Origin: Treponema sp.
Lineage (GTDB): Bacteria; Spirochaetota; Spirochaetia; Treponematales; Treponemataceae
DNA: 64,000 nt
Direction: 5' to 3'
Assembly: GCA_024402475.1 (NCBI GenBank)
Contig: JAKSTQ010000006.1
Span: 28,529-92,528 of the forward strand
Each line of letters starts with the position of its first letter. Within the stretch, counting starts at the first letter, position 1. The notes beneath the pieces were generated by a model. The model made no database searches. It was not told where the DNA came from and saw nothing but the letters and a program-made list of their open reading frames with translations. Both the position numbers and the translations under genes were made by a program. This document shows positions 38,012 to 47,618 of this stretch, piece after piece.

Positions 38012-39604
38012 TTAATTCTTGTCTATCCCAGTAATTATAGCATAGTTTTTCATAATGTCGAAGAGCATTTTCCATTTTTCGTACTGTCGTTCCAGAAGGT
38101 CTGTGTTGTCTCTGTTGCGTGTGGAACCAAGCAAAACCTTGAGGTTGGAAATGAGTTCACAGGACGGCTTTTTGGAATCCTGGATAATGTCTCCTAATTC
38201 AACATAAAGAGAATGCAATGCTGTAACCTGATTCTGAATAAGCGATTTTGCTTCTGCATTTATTGAACTGATCTGTGATGAAAGTTTTCTGATGAAGTCA
38301 GAATCGCGGTGGCTGTCACGGATGTAACCGCGGAGAACTGCTTCGTCATTTGTTCCGCCTTTGTCAAAGGAATGTTCGAAAGCTTCAAGTTTTTCTTCAA
38401 CTTCGTTAGCAGTAAAAACTGTAGAAGAAAAGTTTGACTTTGAGGTCGGATTGTTGAAAAAGCCTTCGATTACGATGTCATTTAAAAGGGCTTTGACTGA
38501 TTCCGGGTAGTAGAACTTAACAAAGGTCTTGAGGATTTTTAAAGGTGTCATCCATGTAAGAGCCTGTGAACCGTTGTCCAGAAGAAGTTCGTTGAGCTCA
38601 TCGTTGTATCCCTGAATCTGCATAAGTGATGCATCGCCAAAAAGGCTTGAAAGTTCAGACTGGATGCGTTCATCATTCAATTCACCTTTGATACGGGTAT
38701 CGTTTGCGGCAAACTGTTCCTGCAGATGCTGTGCAAATGCCCTGCGGATATCAGAAGTATGATTTGAATGCTGGGGTTCAAAGTCCGGATCCTGTTTTAC
38801 CAGGCGGATGAATTTTTTTATGGTGTCGGGAGCAAATACTGTGTGACAGATTGATTCAACTACACGAAGGTTGGAAATTATTTCTTTCTGCTTCTGGCTT
38901 GTCATTGAATCCTGATCGAAAAGCTGCCCCAGTGCTATTACTGCGTTTGCAACGGACATATTCATCTTGTAGTTTGCGATGATAAAGTACATGTCCTGAA
39001 AAAAGTTCGCCATTGCATTAACAGGAAGCGCTGTAAACGAAGGTTTGGCAGCCTGGTCGAGTGGTTCAAATTTATTGTCAAATGCCTGAAGTGGAGTTGC
39101 ATAGTTAAAGGAACAAAGATCAGAAAGCTGCCTGAGTTTTGCAAAAAGATCGTTGAGCTTGAGGAATTCTTTTGTATTGAGCGTCTGGACTAATTTGTCG
39201 AGTTTACGGCGGTGCGCATCAATAGTTTTCTGGGCTTTGATGCCTTCAAGTTCAGCAATGACAATTTCCTGTTTGCGGGTTTCAAAATCAAGGCTCGAAA
39301 GCATTTCCTGCATTTCCGGTGTGTAGCAGGAAACTATGAGCTGAAATTCGTAACGGTTGTTACGCTTGATGTCCTGGCCTGCGATTGTGTTTTCGAGGAT
39401 TGTTCCGATTGGTTTTGTATTTACATACAGAAGTCTGATTGCTTCTGCAAAGTTAGGCTGTAAAAGTCCGTTTTTGTAAATTCCGGACGGAAGAGCCTTG
39501 AGTTCAGCGTCAAGTTTCTTAAGCTTCTGCTTTTTCTGAACTTCAGGAGAGTTAGCTTTGAATATCGTTTCTAAAAAGTCTGTAATGGTCTGTAGTAACG
39601 ACAT
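38012..39604 (-). CDS. Conserved hypothetical helical protein
   Basis: 530 aa soluble ORF, operonic between dus and the GGDEF gene. Confidence 0.75.
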   Translation of the reverse strand: MSLLQTITDFLETIFKANSPEVQKKQKLKKLDAELKALPSGIYKNGLLQPNFAEAIRLLYVNTKPIGTILENTIAGQDIKRNNRYEFQLIVSCYTPEMQEMLSSLDFETRKQEIVIAELEGIKAQKTIDAHRRKLDKLVQTLNTKEFLKLNDLFAKLRQLSDLCSFNYATPLQAFDNKFEPLDQAAKPSFTALPVNAMANFFQDMYFIIANYKMNMSVANAVIALGQLFDQDSMTSQKQKEIISNLRVVESICHTVFAPDTIKKFIRLVKQDPDFEPQHSNHTSDIRRAFAQHLQEQFAANDTRIKGELNDERIQSELSSLFGDASLMQIQGYNDELNELLLDNGSQALTWMTPLKILKTFVKFYYPESVKALLNDIVIEGFFNNPTSKSNFSSTVFTANEVEEKLEAFEHSFDKGGTNDEAVLRGYIRDSHRDSDFIRKLSSQISSINAEAKSLIQNQVTALHSLYVELGDIIQDSKKPSCELISNLKVLLGSTRNRDNTDLLERQYEKWKMLFDIMKNYAIITGIDKN

Positions 39605-39608
39605 AATT

Positions 39609-40628
39609 CTATTGTAGTCCTTCTGTTCTGTTTAGTAAAGCATAAGGGTCTTCAAGAATTTTGTGGTAATCATCCCTTGTGCAGGCTTTTATGAGGGCAA
39701 GACGGATTGGTCCGCCGTGTTCAATGCCTTTTGTGTAAGCGCAGAATCTTTTGCGCATTTCAAGGCAGGCTGCTTTTTCGCCTCGCTGGGCAATAAGTAT
39801 ATCAAGTTCATCAAAGCCGGCGCTGATCCTTTCTTCAAGGGAAATTTCCGAATATTTGCCGGTTTCGATGAATTCTTTTGTCTGTCTGAAAATAAAAGGT
39901 TTTCCCATTGCACCACGGGCGAACATGACACCGTCAACCTTTGTGGTTGCAAGCATGCGTTTTGCGTCTTCCGGCTTGAATATGTCTCCTGAACCGAATA
40001 CCGGAATCTGACCGTTAACCTGTGTTACCAGGTCAGCAAGGTAGTCCCAGTTTGAAAAGCCTTCGTATCCTTGAGTCTTTGTTCGCGGATGCATTGTGAT
40101 TGCTGCAACGCCTGCTTTTAAGGCTGCGTCTGCGGCTTCTTTATATGTAATGTGAAGGTCATCCCAGCCGGAACGGATTTTAACGCTGACTGGAACCGGG
40201 CGTTCACTGTTATTGACTTTGGTTACAACTTTTGAAAGTACCTGATAAAGCTGTTCTGGATTTGCGGTAAGGCTTGATCCGGAACCGGTTTTAACGACTT
40301 TAGGTACGGGGCAGCCGGCATTGATGTCTATCAGGTCACAGTCAGTTTTTTGAGTAACAAGGACTGCGGCATCTGCCATGACATCAGGGTTTCCGCCGAA
40401 CAGCTGAATTGCGTAGTGTTCTTCGTTTGGGGCTTTTTTCATCAGGTCAAAAGTTTTGTCATTCCCGCGGGTCAAGGCTTCTGAAGATACCATTTCGCTG
40501 TATTCAAAGCAGGATCCGCCGCGTACGCATACACTGCGGAAAGCCTGGTCTGAATAACCTGCCAGAGGTGCGAGAAACAGATTGCCTTTTAGTTCCAGGG
40601 AACCGATTTTGACCGGATGGTAAAGCAC
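39609..40628 (-). CDS. dusB: tRNA-dihydrouridine synthase
   Basis: LAPLAG, SEMVS, IQLFG, INAGCP, VKIRSGW, HPRT, GSGDI, ARG. Confidence 0.92.
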   Translation of the reverse strand: MLYHPVKIGSLELKGNLFLAPLAGYSDQAFRSVCVRGGSCFEYSEMVSSEALTRGNDKTFDLMKKAPNEEHYAIQLFGGNPDVMADAAVLVTQKTDCDLIDINAGCPVPKVVKTGSGSSLTANPEQLYQVLSKVVTKVNNSERPVPVSVKIRSGWDDLHITYKEAADAALKAGVAAITMHPRTKTQGYEGFSNWDYLADLVTQVNGQIPVFGSGDIFKPEDAKRMLATTKVDGVMFARGAMGKPFIFRQTKEFIETGKYSEISLEERISAGFDELDILIAQRGEKAACLEMRKRFCAYTKGIEHGGPIRLALIKACTRDDYHKILEDPYALLNRTEGLQ

Positions 40629-40633
40629 TTGAA

Positions 40634-41443
40634 TTATTCTTCCGGAAGTTTGAATGCTTTACAGCTGTTTTTCCAGAGCATGTCTGCAACTTCTTCGATG
40701 TCTTTTTCCAGCATGCTTGCAAGGAATTCAGCGATAGCAGGAAGCATTCTTGGTTTTGTACGAGGTTTCTTTTCCTGAGGAGTAGGAACGTTGTACTTTT
40801 GTGGAATCATGAACGGACTTTCTGTTTCGATGAGAATTCTGTCCAGAGCATTTGCTTCCTGAAGGAACATAACAGTATCGTGAAGGTTATGAGCCTTTGG
40901 ATAAGTAAGGTTTCCGGCAAAAGAGAACCAGACATTCATATCAAGGCACTGCTTTGCATAAGCTGCATCTTCTGAGTAACAGTGAAGAATTGCACCAGAA
41001 GAAGGAATGCGGTGCTGGAGAATGTCATAAATGTCTTTTCCTGCTTCTCTGTTGTGAATGATTACAGGAAGGTTGTGCTTTTGAGCAAGTTCAAGCTGTG
41101 TGATGAAAAGTTCAATCTGGTCTTCTTTTTTACCGAACTGCTTGTAGTAATCAAGACCTGTTTCGCCTACTGCAACAATGTTAGGAAGCTTGAGCTTTTC
41201 TTCGATTGTTCTAACGTAGTCTGAACCTTTTGTTACAACTTCTGATGGAGCAACACCAACTGCATGGTAAACCCCTGAATATGGTTTAAGAGTAGGGTAA
41301 ACTTTTGCAAAGTCGTGAAGACTGTTATTGATGCTGACAATACGGGTTACGTTTTCGCGTTTAGCGTGTTTGATAACGCGTAATTGTTCGATAGGGTCAT
41401 CGTATATAAGCCCGATGTGAGCGTGAGTATCAAAAAACTGCAT
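40634..41443 (-). CDS. TatD-family hydrolase/DNase
   Basis: DTHAH, GETGLDY, IIHNR, HCY, ETESP. Confidence 0.92.
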   Translation of the reverse strand: MQFFDTHAHIGLIYDDPIEQLRVIKHAKRENVTRIVSINNSLHDFAKVYPTLKPYSGVYHAVGVAPSEVVTKGSDYVRTIEEKLKLPNIVAVGETGLDYYKQFGKKEDQIELFITQLELAQKHNLPVIIHNREAGKDIYDILQHRIPSSGAILHCYSEDAAYAKQCLDMNVWFSFAGNLTYPKAHNLHDTVMFLQEANALDRILIETESPFMIPQKYNVPTPQEKKPRTKPRMLPAIAEFLASMLEKDIEEVADMLWKNSCKAFKLPEE

Positions 41444-41518
41444 GGCTGATCTCTCTTATGAATAAAAGAAGTGAAATAATTCCGAAGTATCGAAATTAAA
41501 CTTATTATACTATTATAT

Positions 41519-41547
41519 AAGATAACATAGGATTGTGCATCCGTCAA
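41519..41547 (-). promoter_or_regulatory. sigma70 promoter of the tatD operon
   Basis: TTGACG-N17-TATCTT with TGn extension. Confidence 0.6.
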
Positions 41548-41802
41548 CTTTTTTAAAGTTTTACTATAATAGGGGTATTTATTTAATATTCCACTTATGG
41601 GAACTATCTTTTCCGTGCTCAGAGCCTTGCTGAAATCCTTTTTCTTCCCTCTCGTATTTTTATAAATCAGATTATTTAATGTCCGTGAGTGGATGCTTTA
41701 AAAATTTTATAAGAATGCGTAGATAAAAATTCTTGACGAACATATATTGTTAGACTTAAAATATACTTAAATTCAAAAGAATTTATAAAGTGAACATATT
41801 TT

Positions 41803-42306
41803 ATGAAAAGTTCCGGTCTGAACCATCCTATAGTTGAACAGTTACTCGATAGTTTTGCAGCTTATTACAATGTAAATAAATTTGAAGACGAACCGTATCT
41901 TGTTGCCCGCTGTGACTATTACGAAAAATCAGAAAAATTCATGGTGTCAAAGAAGGTGAATCTGTGGACTGCAAACGCAGAAGAATTCATTTATCTGTTT
42001 TATGTTCCTGAGCTGACAGATGAGCTTTATGATGAATGTATGGCAAAGGTTGATTCATCATGGAAGGAACAGGCGCACATCGGGCCAGACCACATGTACA
42101 CTTATGTTACACCGATTTTTGTTACTGATAATGTATCTGAACAGGTAATTAAAAAAATCAAAAAATGCAGGACTTACAAATCCTTTAAATTCAGTTTCTG
42201 GGGATGGATGGAATATCATGTTGCACTGGTATGTAATCAGCAGATTGAATCAAATTCCCGGGGAACTGTTGTTAAGAAGATGTTGAAAAAGGTATTGAAT
42301 AAATAG
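41803..42306 (+). CDS. Hypothetical protein
   Basis: 167 aa ORF with normal composition; no family recognised. Confidence 0.7.
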   Translation: MKSSGLNHPIVEQLLDSFAAYYNVNKFEDEPYLVARCDYYEKSEKFMVSKKVNLWTANAEEFIYLFYVPELTDELYDECMAKVDSSWKEQAHIGPDHMYTYVTPIFVTDNVSEQVIKKIKKCRTYKSFKFSFWGWMEYHVALVCNQQIESNSRGTVVKKMLKKVLNK

Positions 42307-42336
42307 AAATGTATTGGTCTTTAAGGAGGACAAAAA

Positions 42337-44052
42337 ATGAATACATTGTTGTTGCTTGTAATCTGTATTGCAGTACTTGCATGTGGTTACATCTTTTATG
42401 GTCGCTGGCTTTGCAAGCAGTGGGGTGTAGGAGAATCTAAAGAAGAAACTCCAGCTCATACAATGCAGGATGGCGTTGACTACGTTCCAGCTAAGGCTCC
42501 GGTATTGATGGGACATCACTTTTCATCAATTGCTGGTGCAGGTCCTATTACAGGTCCTATTGGTGCTGCCATGTTTGGTTGGGTTCCAGCAGTTTTGTGG
42601 ATTCTCATCGGAGGTATTTTCTTTGGTGGCGTTCATGACTTTGGTGCTCTGTTTGCTTCTATCCGTCATAAGGGTCAGTCAATTGGTGAAATCATCAATG
42701 TGAACATGGGAAAAAGATCAAAGCGTCTTTTCATCATTTTTGCTTACCTTACATTGATTCTTGTAGTAGCAGCATTTGCTTCTATCGTTGCAGGAACATT
42801 CAAGGCAACATATGTTGAAGGTGTTCTTGATAAGGCTGCCTCTTCTGCTAATGCTACAGTTGCAATGGTTTCTCTGCTGTTTATTGTTGTAGCAATTGTA
42901 TTTGGTTTTGTTGTATACCGCCGCAATGCTCCACTTGCAGTTTCTTCAATCTGTGGTGTTGCTGCAATTATTATCTGTATGGTAATCGGTATGAAATGGC
43001 ATCCAATCTATCTTAACGGTACAACATGGATGATCATTGTAGGTATTTACATCACAATCGCTTCTGTAACTCCTGTATGGATTTTACTCCAGCCTCGTGA
43101 TTACCTTTCTTCATTCCTTCTTTACTCTATGCTGGCAGTTGCTCTCTTTGGTGTAATTGGTGCACATCCTGCAATTCCTGCATCATTCCCTGCATTCTCA
43201 CCAGTAGAAGGAACTCCAATGTTCCCAGTTCTCTTTACAACAATTGCATGTGGTGCTATTTCGGGATTCCACTCACTGGTATCTTCCGGAACAACATCAA
43301 AACAGTTGAATAAAGAAAAAGATGCAAGACCAATCGCTTATGGTGGTATGCTTCTTGAATGTGTACTTGCAGTTTTGACACTTTGTGCAGTTGCTTACTA
43401 TGCAAGCCAGAACGGAACTGTAAAAGGTTCACCTACAGCAATTTTCGCTGGTGGTATTTCTAAGATGGTTGCAACAATTCCTGGTCTTGCAGGAACAGAA
43501 AATGTATTCTTTACTCTTCTGGTTTTGACATACTCAGCATTCTGTCTTACATCTCTTGATACAGCTACTCGTCTTGCACGCTTTATGTTCCAGGAATTCT
43601 GGCTTGAACCAGGCGAAACAGTTGCTGACATCAAATCTGGATGGAAGAAAGTTGTTACAAATAAATACTTTGCAACAATCCTTACTGTAGTTCTTGGTAT
43701 TGCTCTTGGTATGACAGGATGGCAGAAGGTATGGGCTCTCTTTGGTGCAGCTAACCAGCTCCTTGCAGCTCTTGGTCTTCTTGCTGTTGCTACATGGCTT
43801 GGTAATATCGGTAAGAACAATAAGATGTTCCTTATTCCTACAGCATTCATGGTAGTAGTTACAATTTCTTCACTTTGTATCACATTGAAGAATCAGGTAA
43901 CTGTTATTATGAAAGCTACAGCTGACAAACCAGCTGGATGGGGACCTTATGCACAGATTATTCTTGCTGCACTTTTGATTGTACTTGCTGTAATTCTTGT
44001 TATCGAAGCAATTTCAGTTCTTTCAAAAGCAAAAAAAGCTAAGAAAGCATAA
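42337..44052 (+). CDS. cstA: Carbon starvation protein A (peptide/pyruvate transporter family)
   Basis: TPAH..DGVDYVP, HHFSSIAGAGP, QPRDYL, IACGAISGFH, TSLDTATR, FGAANQ. Confidence 0.95.
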   Translation: MNTLLLLVICIAVLACGYIFYGRWLCKQWGVGESKEETPAHTMQDGVDYVPAKAPVLMGHHFSSIAGAGPITGPIGAAMFGWVPAVLWILIGGIFFGGVHDFGALFASIRHKGQSIGEIINVNMGKRSKRLFIIFAYLTLILVVAAFASIVAGTFKATYVEGVLDKAASSANATVAMVSLLFIVVAIVFGFVVYRRNAPLAVSSICGVAAIIICMVIGMKWHPIYLNGTTWMIIVGIYITIASVTPVWILLQPRDYLSSFLLYSMLAVALFGVIGAHPAIPASFPAFSPVEGTPMFPVLFTTIACGAISGFHSLVSSGTTSKQLNKEKDARPIAYGGMLLECVLAVLTLCAVAYYASQNGTVKGSPTAIFAGGISKMVATIPGLAGTENVFFTLLVLTYSAFCLTSLDTATRLARFMFQEFWLEPGETVADIKSGWKKVVTNKYFATILTVVLGIALGMTGWQKVWALFGAANQLLAALGLLAVATWLGNIGKNNKMFLIPTAFMVVVTISSLCITLKNQVTVIMKATADKPAGWGPYAQIILAALLIVLAVILVIEAISVLSKAKKAKKA

Positions 44053-44076
44053 GTCGTAATTAACGGCGATTAAACT

Positions 44077-44124
44077 GCCCTGCAACAGGCTGAAAATAAG
44101 GCAGCTGGTTGCGGGGCTTTTTTT
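44077..44124 (+). terminator. Intrinsic terminator
   Basis: GCCCTGCAAC...GTTGCGGGGC followed by T7. Confidence 0.75.
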
Positions 44125-44169
44125 ATTCTTTAAAGTGAACGAACAGAAATTCTGTGATATAATATTTAT

Positions 44170-45237
44170 ATGTTTAAGAGACCGGGTTTATTGTTTACAG
44201 AAATCAGATGTTCAGCAAAAATCATTTTATGCCTTTTATTGTTTGCGCTTGCAGGGATTACATTTGCAAAGCCGGCTGAAAAAATTCCTTCCTGGGTAAA
44301 TGATGTAGAGTCGGAATTTCCTCAAAGACGCTATATTGCAAAATGCGGCAGCGGAAAAAAAGCAGATTCTGCAAAAGCTGATGCACTTTCACTTATTGCA
44401 GCTTATCTTAAAACAACAGTTGAATCGAAACTTACAGTAACTGCTTCTGATACAGGTAAAAGGGCTTCTGAAAAAGTTCAGCTTGATGAATCAATAAATG
44501 TTTTTTCTGATATTCAGCTTTCCGGCGTTGAATACACTGAAGTTTACTACAACAAAAAAAACAGGCGTTATTACTGCACGGCTTATATAGACCGCAATTA
44601 TGCCTGGAAAATTTATGAGCCGGAAGTAAAATCGCAGCAGAAACTTTTTTATGAATTCTATAACAAAGCTGAGGAACTTTTAAAAAGTGATCCGCTTGCT
44701 GCCGGCAGTTATTTTGACAAAGCTGTTTTACAGGGGAATAAATTTCTTGCAGCACTGGAATACGGATGCCTGTTAAATGACAGCGCTCAGGCTATTTATG
44801 GAAATGACAGGAATATTGTTGCGTCGATTCCTAAAAAGCAGAAAGAAGCAGTTGAATCAATTCTTGTAAAAGTTGAAACTGCAGGCGATTACCAGAACAT
44901 TATTACCGCAAAAATTAAAAAGGAACTTACTCACTGCGGATTCATTCTTACAGAACATGAAGCAGCCGCAAAATATAAAGCAGTTTTAACAGTTAATCAG
45001 AATCTTGAAATTGAAGATCCAGGAACAGATACGGAACTTTTTGTTGCAGCACCAGAAATTCAATTTGTACTTGAGACCAAAAATAAAAGCAGAATAATTT
45101 ATTCATATACAAAACAGGCAGGTGAAAAGACACCTGCCTATGCAAAAAATAATGCGCTGAAAAAATCACTTGATTTACTTGGAAAAGAAATCGCTGATGA
45201 TTTTTTAAATGGATTAAAAGAAGCTCTTGCCCGTTAG
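44170..45237 (+). CDS. Hypothetical exported protein (LPP20-like N-domain)
   Basis: Signal-like segment, P.WV..., A...AL..IA pattern; leaderless-type promoter. Confidence 0.65.
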   Translation: MFKRPGLLFTEIRCSAKIILCLLLFALAGITFAKPAEKIPSWVNDVESEFPQRRYIAKCGSGKKADSAKADALSLIAAYLKTTVESKLTVTASDTGKRASEKVQLDESINVFSDIQLSGVEYTEVYYNKKNRRYYCTAYIDRNYAWKIYEPEVKSQQKLFYEFYNKAEELLKSDPLAAGSYFDKAVLQGNKFLAALEYGCLLNDSAQAIYGNDRNIVASIPKKQKEAVESILVKVETAGDYQNIITAKIKKELTHCGFILTEHEAAAKYKAVLTVNQNLEIEDPGTDTELFVAAPEIQFVLETKNKSRIIYSYTKQAGEKTPAYAKNNALKKSLDLLGKEIADDFLNGLKEALAR

Positions 45238-45253
45238 AGTGAACTTTTGAACT

Positions 45254-46744
45254 TTAGTCTTTAGCCCATCCCATTGCCTGTTTGACAGCCTTGTGCCAGC
45301 CCTTAAGGCGTTCTTCGCGGTTTTGCCTTGTTATTGTATTTTTGAATTTTTTGCTGACTTTCCAGTTCTTTTTAATTTCGTCAATATTTTTCCAGTAACC
45401 AACGGCAAGTCCTGCAAGGTAAGCTGCTCCCATTGCGGTTGTTTCGATACAGGTTGGACGGATGATTTCTATGTCCGAAAGATCTGACTGAACCTGCATC
45501 AAAAAGTCACTGCGGCTTGCTCCTCCGTCAACTTTAAGGGTCTTGATTTTATGACCAAGATCTTTTTCCATCTGAGCTGCAAGGTCACAGGTTGAGTATG
45601 CAATTGATTCAAGAGTTGCACGGATAAAATGATATTTATTAACGCCGCGGGTAAGGCCAACAACTGTTCCCCGGGCATACTGATCCCAGTAAGGGGCAGC
45701 AAGACCAGTAAAGGCAGGAACAACATAACAGCCGTTTGTGTCAGGAACAGTACTTGCCATGTAATCAGCTTCCTGTGAAGAATCAATGATTCGCATTTCG
45801 TCACGCAGCCATTGAATAGAAGCGCCTGCGATGTAGACAGAACCTTCGAGTGCATAGTAAACCTTTGAGTCAAATCCCCATGCGATTGTAGTTAAAAGAC
45901 CATTGTCGCTGAAAACCGGTTTGTTGCCTGTGTTCATAAGCATGAAACATCCGGTTCCGTATGTGTTCTTTACATCACCTTTTTCAAAACATGCCTGCCC
46001 GAATAATGCACTCTGCTGGTCGCCGGCAGCACCTGCAATTTTAATCGGAGCATCAAAAAATTCAGAATCAGTTTCGCCATAGATACAGCTGGAAGGCATT
46101 GCCTTAGGAAGCATGCATTTTGGAATGTCGAGTTCTGCAAGAATATCATCGTCCCACTGCAGGCTGTTGATGTTGAACATCATTGTTCGGCTTGCATTGG
46201 AATAATCTGTAATATGAACTTTACCTTTTGTCAGTTTCCAGATGAGCCAGGTTTCAACAGTACCAAAAAGCAGGTCGCCTTTTTTGGCTTTTTCACGGGC
46301 TCCTTTTACATTGTCCAAAATCCATTTAAGTTTTGTTGCAGAAAAGTAAGCGTCTATGACAAGTCCGGTTTTTTTACGCCATTCATTTACAAGGCCTTTT
46401 TCTTTGAGGCTGTCACAGTAGTCGGAAGTTCTGCGGCACTGCCATACGATTGCATTGTAAACAGGTTCGCCGGTGTGCTTGTCCCATACGATGGTAGTTT
46501 CGCGCTGGTCTGTAATTCCGATTGCGGCAATGTCTTTTGCAGTGATTCCAACTTTTGCCATTGCTTCTACTGCAACAGAAAGTTGAGTAGCCCAGATTTC
46601 CTGAGCGTCATGTTCAACCCATCCTGCCTTAGGATAAATCTGTGTGAATTCACGCTGAACAACAGAACATATCTGCCCCTTTTTATCAAAGAGAATACAT
46701 CGGTTACTTGTGGTTCCTGCATCGAATGCCATTATATATTTCAT
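45254..46744 (-). CDS. glpK: Glycerol kinase
   Basis: [45 protein letters not shown]. Confidence 0.97.
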   Translation of the reverse strand: MKYIMAFDAGTTSNRCILFDKKGQICSVVQREFTQIYPKAGWVEHDAQEIWATQLSVAVEAMAKVGITAKDIAAIGITDQRETTIVWDKHTGEPVYNAIVWQCRRTSDYCDSLKEKGLVNEWRKKTGLVIDAYFSATKLKWILDNVKGAREKAKKGDLLFGTVETWLIWKLTKGKVHITDYSNASRTMMFNINSLQWDDDILAELDIPKCMLPKAMPSSCIYGETDSEFFDAPIKIAGAAGDQQSALFGQACFEKGDVKNTYGTGCFMLMNTGNKPVFSDNGLLTTIAWGFDSKVYYALEGSVYIAGASIQWLRDEMRIIDSSQEADYMASTVPDTNGCYVVPAFTGLAAPYWDQYARGTVVGLTRGVNKYHFIRATLESIAYSTCDLAAQMEKDLGHKIKTLKVDGGASRSDFLMQVQSDLSDIEIIRPTCIETTAMGAAYLAGLAVGYWKNIDEIKKNWKVSKKFKNTITRQNREERLKGWHKAVKQAMGWAKD

Positions 46745-46798
46745 AATTTTCTCGTTCCTTGTTTTTAAAGTTAACTATTATTATAACACTGATTTGGA

Positions 46799-47215
46799 AT
46801 GACGGGGGAATATAATTTGAGGGAAAATTCTGCGTATACATTTTATATACAGACTTGGGAAGATGGAAATGGTTTTTTAGATGTATGTGAAGATGACGGA
46901 GGAATAAAACCAGAACAGATAAAGATGTTTAATGAAAAAGATCAAACTCGCATTGTTCACGCAAAGTCTGAATTACTGGAATTAACAGAAAGATATATCA
47001 GGAATAAATCATTTGCTTCCAAGAATGAAGTTTACAAATTAGGCTATGAAATAAACATTGTATGTCAAAATGACTGTTTTGTATTATGCCCTGAATTGAA
47101 TAGAGGTTATTATATAAAATTGAATTTATTTAATAGAATTATTGGCTTCTTTAATTATAAAGAACCATGGCACAATGAGAAATTTGGTTATTGGGAAAAG
47201 CAAAAGATAAATTAA
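46799..47215 (+). CDS. AT-rich hypothetical protein, possibly a 5'-truncated foreign gene
   Basis: 138 aa; ATA/TTA/AGA codons unlike its neighbours; no clear SD. Confidence 0.5.
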   Translation: MTGEYNLRENSAYTFYIQTWEDGNGFLDVCEDDGGIKPEQIKMFNEKDQTRIVHAKSELLELTERYIRNKSFASKNEVYKLGYEINIVCQNDCFVLCPELNRGYYIKLNLFNRIIGFFNYKEPWHNEKFGYWEKQKIN

Positions 47216-47238
47216 AATATTGAATGTTTACCATGAAA

Positions 47239-47287
47239 AAATCCCTGGTTGAAAAATAGTTTAATGCTGTTTAACAACCAGGGATTT
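47239..47287. terminator. Long inverted repeat between convergent genes (terminator-like)
   Basis: AAATCCCTGGTTG...CAACCAGGGATTT, 13 bp perfect, with extra inner pairing. Confidence 0.7.
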
Positions 47288-47306
47288 GTAATAAGAGGAA
47301 CGGTCC

Positions 47307-47618
47307 TTAATTAACTAATTCTTCTTTTGATACTCCAGTTACTTTGAAAATGGTTTCAAAGTCAATGTTGCATTCCATCATTTTTCTGGCATTTTCTAGG
47401 TTTTTCTGCTTGGCTCCTTGCTGAAGGCCTTGCTGCATACCTTGTTGGAGACCTTTTTCCATACCTTTTTCTAAACCTTCAGCCATACCTTTAGCCATAC
47501 CGGTTTCGATGGCATGCTGTTCTGCAGTTTTCATATCTGAAACATGCATCCAGTATCGGCTTTCGTGATACCAGTTCATTTCATCCTGGCTGACATGTTC
47601 AAGTACTGTTACTGCCAT
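47307..47618 (-). CDS. Predicted nested small C-terminal protein (RpnS-like antitoxin), 103 aa
   Basis: In-frame ATG preceded by AGGGGG-N6; internal promoter upstream. Confidence 0.7.
   Translation of the reverse strand: MAVTVLEHVSQDEMNWYHESRYWMHVSDMKTAEQHAIETGMAKGMAEGLEKGMEKGLQQGMQQGLQQGAKQKNLENARKMMECNIDFETIFKVTGVSKEELVN

Noticed and set aside
41579-41659. Minus-strand frame KYEREEKGFQQGSEHGK resembling an Rpn Gxxx repeat relic
   Set aside because: Very short, bounded by stops and without a start; could be chance. Worth revisiting only if a tBLASTn hit appears.
41577-41720. 6S RNA candidate
   Set aside because: Only the closing stem pairs; the interior is pyrimidine-rich and cannot form the long 6S rod.
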